Below, piece by piece: positions 12,095 through 23,915 of a DNA stretch of 64,000 nucleotides. This DNA comes from Eledone cirrhosa. Lineage: Eukaryota. How positions within the stretch are numbered: position 1 is the stretch's first letter; every line of letters starts with the position of its first letter. The stretch is from contig OZ024743.1 in NCBI GenBank assembly GCA_964016885.1, positions 327,050,001 to 327,114,000 of the forward strand. The letters run 5' to 3'. The translations under genes and the position numbers were made by a program. The notes below the pieces were generated by a model. It had not been told where the DNA came from and ran no database searches. It was given only the letters and a program-made list of their open reading frames with translations.

Positions 12095-12287
12095 ATAATT
12101 GTTTCTACTTTTGGCACAAGGCCAGCAATTATCCCAGTGTATTATTGGTACTTTATTTAATCGACCCCGTAAGGATGAAAGGCAAAGTTAACCTCGGCGG
12201 GATTTGAACTCAGTCTGTAAAAGGACATAACTGTGCTGCAAAGCATGGCATCCGACCCTCTACCGATAATGCCAATCCACCGCCCTC
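12095..12287 (-). mobile_element. tRNA-derived SINE, same family as 7045-7250
   Basis: GGGCGGTGGATTGGCATTATCGGTAGAG...GAGTTCAAATCCCGCCGAGGTTAACTTTGCCTTTCATCCTTACGGGGTCGAT...; ATT tail. Confidence 0.78.
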
Positions 12288-12424
12288 TTGATATTAGGAT
12301 GTTAGATGATAATGGTGATAAGCAATGCAAATAAAAGAAGACAGGAGCATGGGGAGAGAAAACAAAAAACAAAAAATGTCATATATTAGTAATATATATA
12401 ATATTATTACATGAAGCCCATTAG

Positions 12425-12715
12425 ATGTCTAATGTTAGTGTGCATGAATGACAGGATGTGCATGAATTGAGAGGAAAACTGAGTATAAGAGGAATCAGAT
12501 GTAGTGTGCAAGAGAGAAGACAGCACTAGTATGGACATGTTATGCATATGGATAATGAATGCTGAGTTAAGTCCCAAGAGATGCCAGTGGAAAGAATCTG
12601 CAGTAAAAGAAGACCGAGAAAAACCTAGACAGAGATGATTAGAACTAATCTCAAAATACTGAGCCTCACAATACAGGAAAGGACCCATACAAGCATGGAA
12701 AAATGGATGCATGAT
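12425..12715 (+). mobile_element. old RTE 3' fragment
   Basis: Degenerate LR.KLSIRGIRCSVQERR / YGHVM segment and CCATACAAGCATGG tail remnant. Confidence 0.65.
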
Positions 12716-13669
12716 GGTGTTGGTAGTGAAGATGGTGGTGATGTAGATGATGAGGAGGAAGAGGAGGAAGAAGCAGGATATTTGGTTTCATTCTGCCTCC
12801 CCATCTTAAAGCTGATGAAGTCTAGTTCTTTGTTGTTCTGGCTCAGAAACTTAGAATCTTTGACTAATTTGCTTAAATTATTTTCTAGGAATGCACATCC
12901 AGCTTTATTACAATCAATAAGCTTAAAGTATATTTTATTTCTCGTCAGTGATGGATAAACAAGGACAGAATAACAAATATATGTTTACATTCCCTACAGA
13001 GAGTATTTATATGCAGATGAAGCATCAATAAAGAAAACATGGTTCAATTTGGCTTCATATATCTATAGAAAAACCGCTCTTCCACATATTCCAGCCAGTT
13101 GACTGTAGCCATGATGGGGTACCATTATAAAAATACTAGTTGTTCTCATGCCAGGAATAGCAGGCACGTGGACCACTAAGGTGAAAACCAGAAATCTGTT
13201 TTAAAAATATACATTTCCAATTCAGCTGTGGCTTACTCTGACTGAAAATGAAAAATTATATGGATCAAATAGTTATAATGAAGTAGACAACTACTATGGT
13301 GATATGAACTTAGCCATATCTAAGCATGATTTGTAGGTAGTAAAATTGGTTGAAAAGCAATACAGGTTTTCCCTCTAAAAATAGAATCTAGTTTTAAAGG
13401 CAAATATATTTTTTGTCAAGACATATGACACATTTTACATAATATATTGTAGGCTTGAAGTTTAAAATTTTAATGACAATACTTTCATTTATAATAAGAA
13501 AAATAAATTGTGTTTCTAGATTTAACTTGTTTTCTATCCTTACATGAAATTCACTTTATCACTTAATTCCTCCTCATACTATTTAACTATCAAGTTTATA
13601 GGTCAATAACATGTCATTCTTTACATAGTATGTTCTATTCTTTCATAGCTATATATCTTAACATTTTTA

Positions 13670-13892
13670 AACCTTTTCATATTTCAAACTGGCCTTAGTT
13701 TTATGATACAAGGCTGTTTATTCTAAAGTATTTGTATTTATCTAAAAACTTTCCATCATAATTTTTTGTGCAAAAACCTTTAAGTTATGTTTCTAACACC
13801 AACTAAATAATAATACAAAAGTTAGTTATATTACTAAATCCTTCCAAATTTTGGATTATTGAAAATCATAGGTAGTCTTTCATTAGAAAGGG
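13670..13892. mobile_element. piggyBac-type MITE family 2, degenerate copy
   Basis: TTAAACCTTTTCATAT start; body is the reverse complement of 30066-30312. Confidence 0.5.
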
Positions 13893-13909
13893 GCAAAATT
13901 TTTAATATA

Positions 13910-13940
13910 AACTAGCAGTTGTACCTGGCGTTGCCTAGAT
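13910..13940 (-). mobile_element. possible Helitron 3' end
   Basis: Minus strand CTAGGCAACGCCAGGTACAACTGCTAG|T: GC hairpin followed by CTAG and T. Confidence 0.4.
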
Positions 13941-14473
13941 TTCACTTGGTAAATAAAGCTTCTTTTTTTTTTATGGAGTTCTTTACATACACTGATTAAC
14001 AGATATACACACATACAATCACAATCTCAGTGACAGATATATATATATATGGCTCTCTTATGGTCAGAAACATATACTCTTACAGCTAATACAGACCAAC
14101 AAAATACACACACTCCACTTTTCCCTTCACAGCTCTGTATACACATACACACTCTTATATTAACATACTTTTGCTCATAGCTTCATACTTACAAGCACAG
14201 ACACACACTTTTACTTACACACACACACATCCTCTTAGCTTCGTACAGACGTAAAACAACACACACGTGCACACAAGTATATCTTTTTATACAAAACGTT
14301 TTTTTTTTTTCCATTTCGGGTAAACGTACTCCATCATCCACTTTTCTAAAAAAATATATACACAACAGTTTTCCAAGAGATGGCAACATGAATGGACCTG
14401 TTATTTTTCTCTAAAAACATTTTTCCCAATTCCACCCCGCCCGTCCCTTCAATCTATCTAATTTCTCATTCTT

Positions 14474-14509
14474 TCTTCTGATGAAGGACTAGCGTCCGAA
14501 ACGTTAAGA
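14474..14509 (+). ncRNA. minimal Penelope-type hammerhead ribozyme motif
   Basis: TCTT-CTGATGA-A-GGAC TAGC GTCC-GAAAC-GTT-AAGA: intact core, 4-bp stem II, palindromic AACGTT in place of stem III, stem I TCTT/AAGA. Confidence 0.75.
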
Positions 14510-14659
14510 CCCTCTTCCTGCTATTTCAAGCGTTAACCTAATATATTCCTTCTATATACTGTACCGACTGTGTTATTTCTGTTTACCTTTTACATACATC
14601 ATCATCGTTTAACGTCTATCTTCCACGCTAGCATGGGTTAAACAAATATACATATATAC

Positions 14660-14699
<40 letters not shown>

Positions 14700-14701
<2 letters not shown>

Positions 14702-15210
14702 GTGGAGGTGGATGTTCTGAAAGTACAGTAGCTAGTGTAAGAACCAGTTGGAAAAGGTTCAGGGAACCATGCTGGCTACAAGGGGTTTTCTTGTAAAATG
14801 AAAAACAAATTCTGTGTCAATTGTGTATGAATGCTGCACAGAAGTGAGACTTTGGCCTTGAACCCAGAGGATTTGCAAAAATTGGAAAGAAATGAGGTGA
14901 GCATGCTCAGATGGATATGTAGTGTACATGAACGACCAAATATTAATGGTAAACTGGGTATAAGAAGGATCAGATGCAATATACAAGAGAGAAGACTATA
15001 CTGGTATGGACGTGTGATGCATATGGAAGATGACAGCTACATAAAGATGTGCAGAACACTAAGTTAATGGAAGCTGTGGCAGAGAAAGATTGAGGGAAAC
15101 ATGGGCCAACGTGTTGCAGGTTACCTCAAGAAGGTGATGATACAGGATGGACTTTACTGGCAATTTACTGTACTAAAAAAGATATGCCTCTCCGTGCAAA
15201 CTGGATGAAA
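14700..15210 (+). mobile_element. RTE 3' ORF fragment
   Basis: SGGGCSESTVA, MLHRSET, LERNEVSMLRW, ERRLYWYGRVM. Confidence 0.8.
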
Positions 15211-15924
15211 AAAGCATGAGGCAAATGATATTGTAGAAACTGAGAGGTATATCCCTGCCTATATGCCCCTTCTTTGCGTCTGTGGGCGTTCCATTGGTCA
15301 TCCTCAACTATATTCTGCTGCCTCCCCCAATCATCAACTCTCTCCTCATTTAGTATCTAAATCATATGCACCAACTCTCATACTCAATGCTGATATAACT
15401 GAAGGATAGCTACCCACACACACAAAGTGGGCATCTTAGCCCAGTATATATCCAATCTTATGAACCTTTTCCCACATTTCATGATGAGCTGCTAGTCATC
15501 ATTTCCCCTCTGTTCATTATGAGTATTTTCAGCTGTAATCATATGTAACCATGTATAGGTTTCCACATACACCTCTCTTCTGAATCACACTGTGTTAGGA
15601 CTATTGCTAATTAATTGCAAGTCAAGCTTGCATTAAATGTAAATAAAACACCATCAAAAATGATTTATTTACAAATTCTATACATAAACCATGAACATCT
15701 ATGACTTAGTACCATAGTAAAATGTCCACTGAAAATGGATAAATGATCCTGAAATACATATATACAACATTCTTACATAGGTACTGAAGCATCTATATAT
15801 AATCATAGCTTAAAATACAATAAGACTGTAGGTATGTTTAATAAATAAACATTGCGTATGTTTTTCTCTCTCTCGGTGTGTGTGTCTGTGTGTGTGTGTG
15901 TGTGTGTGTGTCTATATATATATA

Positions 15925-17544
15925 CAGTGCCCCGCAAAGGTTTACAACACATTAGGAAAAATGTGGTTTTAGGTATTTTTAATAAAGTTAGGGTGATGGA
16001 AATTTAACTACTGATAGAACATATAATGAGGCATTTAATGATACAATCATAGTTTTAAAAAATAACAAGGAAATAACTCATGAAGAAAAATCAATATTTT
16101 TATAACGCAAAAGTTTACAACACATTTATTAAATCATTTCTTAATATTTTGTAGCGTAACCTTTGTTGCTAATTACAGCCTGTAGGCGTTTGAGGTAGCC
16201 TCTTACAAACTTCTTGCATGTTTCTTGGCTAATATTTATCCATTCTTCATAACAAATTTTCTTTAGTTCAGGGATATTTTGGGGTTTCCTTTTTTGAATT
16301 CTGAGTTTCAGTTCTCTCCACAAATTTTCGATCAGATTAAGATCTGGAGACTGACTTGGCCATTTTAGAACATTTGTTCCATTCGTACTTAACCAAGATT
16401 GTGTTAGCTTTGCAGTATGCTTTGGATCGTTACCTTGTTGAAAAAACCAACCTGGCTTTAAGCTGAGAGAATGTGCATTTTGATGTAAATTCCTTTGCAA
16501 AATACCTCTATAATAAGTGCCGTCCATTCTTCCTTCTATTATTTCAATATTTCCTACACCTATGGCACTAAAGCAACCCTAGACCATGATTGATCCACCT
16601 CCAAATTTTACAGTTGGAATAGTATTCTCCAGCGAATATTCAGTACCTTTCTTTCTCCAGACTTTTGCCACAGCATTTCGACCAAAAAGTTCAATTTTTG
16701 TTTCGTCCGACTAAAGTACATCTTCCCAAAATGACGCAGGTTTGATGAGATGCTCATTTGCAAAGTTTAATCGACGAAGAACGTGTTTCCTCGTAAGAAG
16801 TGGTGTTTTCCTTGGAGACCTCGAGAAAATATTATATTAACGAAGTGAACGACTAATTGTATCTGTGCTCACTTTTACTCCACTTCCTTCTAGGTCATCC
16901 TAAAGATTTTAAAGAGTACACTGGGGTTCGTTGCCAACCTTTCTCATCAATAACCGAGCTGCACGTTCCGTTATCTTTCTAGGACAACCAGAACTATTTA
17001 GAGGACAGATGGAATGATGAGATTTCCAGTGACTGAACACAATGGCACATTTAACTGACAAGATATCTTTCTATAACCAACACCATTTGTATGAAGGTCT
17101 ACAATGCATTTACGGTGGTCTTCATCAATCAGTTTATTTTTCCCCATATTGTCAATGTTTACAGAACGGTTGTCAATGTTTACAGGATGGTTATCAATGT
17201 TTACAGGATGGTTATCAGACAAATAATAACGTAATGTTTTTAATAGTCCTTCGAAGTTACCTTAAACCTAATCTAGAACATTCTACTGAATTTTAAATCC
17301 GAAAATTTAAGAATTTTCTTGAAAAAAAGCGATAAATATAAAATGTGTTGTAAACTTTTGCGTTATAAAAATATTGATTTTTCTTCAGGAGTTATTTCCT
17401 TGTTATTTTTTTTTAAATATGATTGTATCATTAAATGCCTCATTATATGTTCTATCAGTAGTTAAATTTTCATTACCCTAACTTCATTAAAAATACCTAA
17501 AACCGTATTTTTCCTAATGTGTTGTAAACTTTTGCAGGGCACTG
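15925..17544 (-). mobile_element. Tc1-family DNA transposon with long IR/DR-type TIRs
   Basis: TA|CAGTGCCC ... GGGCACTG; ~205-bp TIRs (15925-16130, 17338-17544), each with outer and inner GTTTACAACACATT repeats; sits in (TA)n. Confidence 0.93.
16141..17147 (-). pseudogene. Tc1 DD34E transposase, inactivated
   Basis: MGKNK start at 17147; SDETKIELFG, TVKFGGGSIMV, FQQGNDPKH (D mutated), WPSQSPDLNLIENLW, KGYATKY*; in-frame stops and frameshifts. Confidence 0.92.
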
Positions 17545-17560
17545 TGTATATATATATAGG

Positions 17561-17747
17561 TAAGTTATACCGGGTTGAATCGGAGGTAGCCACATAAGGC
17601 ACTCAATACATAGCAGATTATAAAAGTTTTAATATAGATGAGATTCTACAGAACTAGAGCTGTTTCATTCTTTAGAAATCATCAGGGATTCCTGATAATT
17701 TCTAAAGAATGAAACAGTTCTAGTCCTGTAGAATCCCATCTATATTA
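17561..17747. mobile_element. palindromic twin-hammerhead element, copy 1 (Penelope pLTR-derived)
   Basis: 57-bp inverted arms 17630-17686 / 17691-17747 (53/57 matched); each arm carries CTGAT(G/A)A...GAAACAG...CTGTA on its own strand; homologous to 20563-20756; flanked by TA repeats. Confidence 0.8.
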
Positions 17748-17750
17748 TAT

Positions 17751-20549
17751 ATCATCATCATCATCATTTTACGTCCGCTTTTCCCTGCTTGCAAGGGTGG
17801 GACGGGTCTTATTCAGCACAGCATCTCTCCACTTGTCACCGTCCTTTGTCATCTCCACCGTGAGCTTCAGCGATCTGAGGTCTGTTCTCACCACCTCTGC
17901 CCATGTTTTTCGTGGTCTGCCTCTACCACGTCTTCCCTCAACTGGCATTTCCTGGCACTTCTTCACCCATCGGTCATCCTCCATGCGCATTACATGTCCA
18001 TACCACCTCAGTCTCTTCTCCTGTACACTACATTCTATCCCTCTCAGAGACAGTTTCTCTCTCAACACATTTACACTGCACATCCAACAGAGCATGCTTG
18101 CCTCATTTCTCTCCAGCCGTTGCATATCCTCTGCAGTTGCTGCCCATGTTTCACTACCATGCAGCATCGCGCTCCTCACACAGGCATCATATAACCGGCC
18201 TTTCGTACGTAGGGAGAAACGCTTCTTCGTCAGCAGAGGAAGCATCTGCCTAAACTTCTTCCAACCCGTCCTTATTCTAGATACTATGGCCTCGGAACAC
18301 CCCCTCCCATGCTAATCTGATCTAGGTACCAGAAGCTATCCACCACTTCTATAGCACCAGCCTGCATTTGAAAAATGTGTCTATCAATGCGACTTCTACT
18401 GTCTAATTTCCCTGTACATCTACTGCATACATATTTCTCCCTACCTGTTAGTTTGCCTGCTATCCCACTACATCTCTTGTGTACCCAGGATCTGCATTGT
18501 GTGCATTTTATAGAATTTATGCCAGTTCCTTTTCTGCATATCGAACATGGCCATTTCCCTGACGGAATCAGAGTTTTGTCCTCTTTTCTACTCATCAACA
18601 CTTTTGTCTTAGCTAGGTTCACTCTCAGTCCTCTTGCTTCTAACTGCTGTTTCCATAGCCAGAATTTATTCTCTAGGCTCCTCTACTGATTCTGCTACAA
18701 GAACCAGATCGTCAGCATAGAGAAGTTCCCATGGACAGCCAGTCTTAAACTCCTCTGTTATGGCTTGGAGGACTATAATGAACAAGAGCGGCTTGATGTA
18801 CTCCTACTTGTATCTGGAATTCCTCACTAAACTCCATTCCTACCCTCACTTTACTGACAGCACCTCTGTACAAAGTTTGCAGTCCTCACGAGCCATTCCT
18901 CAACACCTAGTTTCCTTAGGGACCACCAGATGACAGATCGGGGTACCCTATCAAAGGCCTTCTCTAGGTCAACAAAGGCTAAGTATAGTGGCTTATTCTT
19001 CTCTAAGAACCTCTCTTGTAATTGTCTCACCAAAAAGAGAGCATCTGTTGTACTTTTCCCAGGCACAAAACCAAACTGCATCTCATCTAGTTTGACCCTT
19101 TCTCTAATTAGTTGTGCTAATATCCTTTCTGCCACTTTCATAACCTGATCCATCAGTTTTATACCCCTATAATTGCTCCTCTCCAGAGCATCCCATTTAC
19201 CTTTGTAGCAATTTATGAGAATACTGCTGCACCAGTCTTTGGGTATGACACCACCATATATAGCCTGATTGATGATGCGTGCAACCAGTTTAGTGCCTAC
19301 GTCCCCTGATGCCTTCAGCATCTCAGCAACTATTCCCGATGGTCCAGCAGCCTTACCATTTTTCATTTCCTTAATCGCCTCTTGGACCCTATATTCGTCA
19401 ATCTCAATAGCTGGTCCCTCTGTCGGATCTACTAAGGTTAATTTCTCTCTCCCATTCGTTCTCCACATTCATCAGTCTCTCATAATGACATTTCCAGGCC
19501 TCCTTTTTCTGATCATTCGTGACACTAAGTACACCGGCATCATTCTGGACACATTTATCTCCAACATCCTGATTTGCATTGACACACTGACTTGCAATGT
19601 GGAACACCGCACGCCTCTGATCTTCTCGTCGCAGAACATTGGCAAACCTCCTACTCACAGCCTCTCTGCGTGCTAAGTACACCTGACGTCTAGCTTCTCT
19701 CTTAGCGGCTGTATATCCTTCTCTACTCCCACCCTTTTTTCCAAGCCTTACATGCTAGTCTTTTGTCTCTAATGGCCTTATCTACTGTGCTGTTCCACCA
19801 CCAGGTCACTCTCTGTCTGGTTGGAGCTCTGCTCCACCCACAAGTTTCATCAGTAGCCTGCAGTAAGTTGTCACCCCAGAGTATGCCTTGGTATTTGACA
19901 CCATCTGCCTGTCCCGCTGCCTAACTACTAAGAAGTCAATCTGGCTTATGTGCTCGCCTGATTTGTAGGTTATTAGGTGGTTGGCAGGTTTCTGGAAGTT
20001 AGTGTTGCAAATGGTTAGTGCACTTGCATCACAAAATTCAAGAAGTCTCACTCCTTCTTCATTTCTTGAGCCGTAACTGTGCCCACCATGTACCCCAGTG
20101 TAACCATCCTGGAGCTGTCCAACATGACCATTGAAGTCTCCTGCTAGCATAACAATGTCTCCGTCCTCTGTCATTACGGTTGTTTGTAAAAGTTGCTCGT
20201 AAAAGCAGTCTTTCTCTTCTCTGCCTGTGCCTGCTTGGGAAGCATAGGCAGAGATGATTGTCAGTAGTCTCCTGCCTACAACTAATCTAAGCTTAATTAT
20301 TCGATTACTAACTCGAACTACCTCTATTGTCTTATTGATCCATCTTTCAGCCAGGAAAATGCCTACTCCCCCAAACCCATCATCCTTACCTACCCAGAAA
20401 AGCTTATAGCTAAGATGTTTGCCTGCAACTAGTCTCGCAGAGGCACCTCTCCATCTCACCTCTTGCACGCAGCACACATCCACATGTCCTCTCTCCAGCA
20501 TCTCCGCTATTTCAGCAGATCTACCTGAGAGAGTGCCAACATTAAGTGT
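17751..20549 (-). mobile_element. RTE-clade LINE (subfamily C, very short 3' UTR), 5'-truncated and internally deleted
   Basis: APE (DVCCVQEVRW, GDFNGHVG, SQIDFL), RT (AFVDLEKAFDRV, ELLYADDL), C4HC3 finger, RLRWYGHVMR; ORF runs into the (GAT)n tail. Confidence 0.93.
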
Positions 20550-20562
20550 ATATATATATATA

Positions 20563-20756
20563 TAAGTTATTCCGGGTTGAATCGGGGGTAACCACAGTAA
20601 GTAAGGTACTCAATACATAGCAGAGTATAAAAGTTTTAATATAGAAGAGCTTCTACAGGACTAAGACTGTTTCATTCGTGAGAAATCATCAGGAAGCTTC
20701 CTGATGATTTCTCACAAATGAAGCAGTTCTAGTCCTGTAGAAGCTCTTCTATATTA
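20563..20756. mobile_element. palindromic twin-hammerhead element, copy 2
   Basis: 60-bp inverted arms 20637-20696 / 20697-20756 (56/60 matched), no spacer, axis in GGAAG|CTTCC; flanked by TA repeats. Confidence 0.82.
20648..20698 (-). ncRNA. type I hammerhead ribozyme motif with intact core
   Basis: Minus strand AGCTTC-CTGATGA-T TTC TCAC GAA T-GAA-ACAG TCTTAGTC CTGT-A|GAAGCT: 6-bp stem I, 4-bp stem III, GUA cleavage triplet. Confidence 0.75.
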
Positions 20757-20773
20757 TATTATATTATATATAT

Positions 20774-21240
20774 ATCATCATCATCATCAACGTTTAACGT
20801 CCGTGTTCCACGCTTGCATGGGTTTGGACGGGGGTAGTCCCACTTGAGGCAAGAGTGATTGTCTTGCTCGCATAGGACTGTCTGGCAGGTTTTCTACAGT
20901 TGGATGCCCTTCCTAACACCAACCACATTTACAGTGTGGGTCTGGGAGGTTTTTACCGTGTTGCCTACATGGCCACATTACAGCGTGGACTGTGTGTTTT
21001 TTGTCGTGACACCTACACGATCTCATTTGTTTCGGCCTCGATGGCGCGGCACCAACATAACTTTACATAGAACGGGGTGGTGTGGATCGGGTGGGAGTGG
21101 TGGTGGTGGGACGGGGTGTATTTTGTTAGAGATGCCTACTGGCTGGAGTAGGTTTTACTATATATTTAGGTAAGGCGGGTCTTCTCTGTTACTGAGTACC
21201 GCCAAAGGTCTCGGTCCAGTGACATTGTCTTGGAGAGGTG
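20774..21240 (-). mobile_element. RTE (subfamily A) 3' UTR, 5'-truncated
   Basis: (CAT)n then AACGTCCGTGTTCCACGCTTGCATGGGTT, GGATGCCCTTCCTAACACCAAC; homologous to 55330-55740. Confidence 0.85.
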
Positions 21241-21274
<34 letters not shown>

Positions 21275-22204
21275 TCATCATCGTTTTCATGTCCGCTTTC
21301 CCTGGGTTGGATGGGGCATATATGTAGGGCAAATATATATATTTTGTTTTTAAATATATTATCATTTTTGAGTCCATTTTTCCATGTTTGTATGAGTTGG
21401 ATCAGTCCTTCTCAGCACAGCATCTCTCCACTCATCGTGTTCCTTTATTATTTCCTCTTAGTCTCAGAGATTTAAGGTCAGCTCTCAGGCATTCTGCTCA
21501 AGTCTTTCTTGGTCTACCTCCACTGGGATTTCCTGACACTTCTTCACCCAGTGATCATTGTCCATGCACATCATGTCCATACAAATGCAGTCTTCTCCCT
21601 GGCACACCACCTCAGGTTCCTCTTAAACCCAACTTCTCCCTCAACTCGTCCAAGCTCTGCCTTTCTCTCACACTTACATTACGCATCCAATGAAGCAAAG
21701 TTTCACTACCATACAGCACGGTAATTCGCACACAGACGACATAGTCATCCCAACAGTGGGAGTAGCTCTCTAAACTTTTTCCATCCTATCCTTATTCTAG
21801 CTATTAAGTTCTCAGTTCACTAAGCTACACAGTATCAAGTAATGTTACTCCAAAGACTCTTCAGAAAAACCCCATGTCGACTGTTTGTATTCACAATCAT
21901 ATTCTTTTGGTCATTACCCAAGATTCATGACCATAGGTAAGGGTTAGCATGAATACTCAATTGAAGATAGTGAGTTTGGCTTTTACACTTACCTACCTTA
22001 TTATTACCTTTTGATACACACACACACATGATGGGTGACCTGGTGGTGGAAGAGGACTATAGATAGAGCAATTAGAGCTAAGAGATAAGCATGGAAAGAT
22101 TGGAAAAATTAGAGCAGCAAAGAACTGGACAAGCAAGATGGCAGGTTTACTAAGTGCATAAATAAACTGAGATAGTTACAAGAGATGTTCCTAGCTAAGT
22201 GTAA

Positions 22205-22675
22205 TCATCACCATCACCGTTTTACGTCAATGTTTCCACGCTAGCATGGGTTAGACGGGTTATCCTGTTGCGGGCAATGCCCGGTCAAGTGACCATGTCT
22301 TGCTCATAGAGGACTGATTTTAGCTCAGTTTCTCCAACTGGATACCCTTCCTAACACCAACCTCATATACAGTGAGTGTTGGGTGCTTTTTTACTGTGGC
22401 GCCTACACAACCTCTTTACAGTGTAGACTAGGTGCTTTTTGTCGTGACACCTACACGATCACTTTACAGTGGGAAGGGATGGGGGAATACTCTCTATATG
22501 CTTCAGCTTTGGCTTGTACCCGTAGGAACTCAGGTCTTCTGTATTACTGCATAACGCCAGAGGTCTCGGTCCTGCCATCGCCTTTGAGAGGTGCAATTGG
22601 GCAACGTCAGTTTTTATCATCTCATTCTAGGTCTTCTTGGGTCTCCCCACTCTAAGGCTTCCATCGACTTTTAGA
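22205..22675 (-). mobile_element. RTE (subfamily B) 3' end
   Basis: Collinear with 3022-3500. Confidence 0.85.
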
Positions 22676-22689
22676 GTTTTAGTTTTAGT

Positions 22690-23915
22690 TAATCTGGAGA
22701 AGGCCTTTGACAGAGTTCCACAATCTGCCATCTGGTGAACCTTAAAGAAACTCGGTGTAGATTAGTGGTTTGTGAGTACAGTTCAGAGATGCTGTCAGTA
22801 AAGAGTGAGTAGGTAATGAGATTAGTGAGGAATTCAATGTGCAAAATGTTCATCAGAACTCAGTTCTCAGCTCACTTCTGTTTAGTCCTCTAGACCATAA
22901 CTTAGGAGTTTAAGATTGGCTGCCCATAGGAACTCCTATATGCTGACAACCTGATTCTTATAGTTGGATCTGTGGAAGAGCTAAAGAAGAAAATCCTAGT
23001 TATGAAACAGAACTGAGAATCAAAAGGGTTCAGAGTAAACTTGAGGAAAACTAAAGCCTTAGTGAATAGAAAAGAAGACAGGACTGATCTCATCGGGGAA
23101 GTTGCCATTGCTTGATATGTAGAAAAGGAATAGGTAAACGCTCTATACAATGTACTGAGTATAAAAGCTGGGTACACAAGAGATGTAGTGGGATTGTAGG
23201 CAGACTAACAGAAGAGGTTAACTTTGTAAGTAGGAATGTTAGTAATAAGAGCCCCAGGAGATAGTTAGTAGTAAGAGCCCCAATTAATTAGACTTTTTCC
23301 AATCTAGGTAAGACTCCATAGAAGTGGTTGATAGCTTTTTGCGACCTAGGTGATCTAATTAGCAGTGGAGGCAGTTGCTCTGAAAGCATAGTAGCTAAAA
23401 GACTAGAATGGAAAAAGATCAAGGCGTTACAACCTCTGTCGTCAATAATAAGGTTTCTCTCTACAAACAAGACTGACTATAATTCCTGCATGAGAAGTGC
23501 AGTATCACATCGAAGTGAAGAATGGGTAGTAAATGCAGAAGATATGTAAATGCTGGAGAGAAATGAAATGAAATGATCATGCTTTGATGGTTGTCCCTTG
23601 CAAGCAAGGAAAAGCGGACGTAAAACGATGTTGATGATGATGAATGTGCTGAAAGTGAAATTGAGTATAAAAGGAATCAAATGTAGTGTGCAAAATGGCC
23701 ATCTGATGCACATGGAGGATGATTGTTGTGAAGAAGTGACAATAGTCCCAGTGGAAGGAAGCTGTAGTAAAGGAAGTCCAAGGAAAGCCTAGGCGGAAGT
23801 GGTGAGGGTGGATCTCAAAATGCTGAACTTCAGAGAAGATGACAAAAGATCACAACATATGGAAGGAGGCTTTGCATGGAAAAAAAAAACATAAAAAGCA
23901 TGATGATGATGATGA
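22690..23915 (+). mobile_element. old degenerate RTE RT to 3' end
   Basis: LEKAFDRVP, ELLYADNL, LGDLISSGGSCSESIVA remnants; (GAT)n tails at ~23632 and ~23900. Confidence 0.75.

Noticed and set aside
12806-12864. CTGATGA...GAAAC hammerhead-like string
   Set aside because: Stem II is bulged and offset, no stem III, and no NUH register compatible with stem I
12635-12958. 107-aa ORF with acidic D/E run
   Set aside because: Arises from a decayed (GAT)n/(GAG)n RTE tail; no splice or homology support
17561-20756. The two palindromic elements as LTRs of a composite element enclosing the RTE
   Set aside because: They differ by many substitutions and an indel, each sits in its own TA tract, and the RTE has its own (GAT)n tail; independent insertions are simpler
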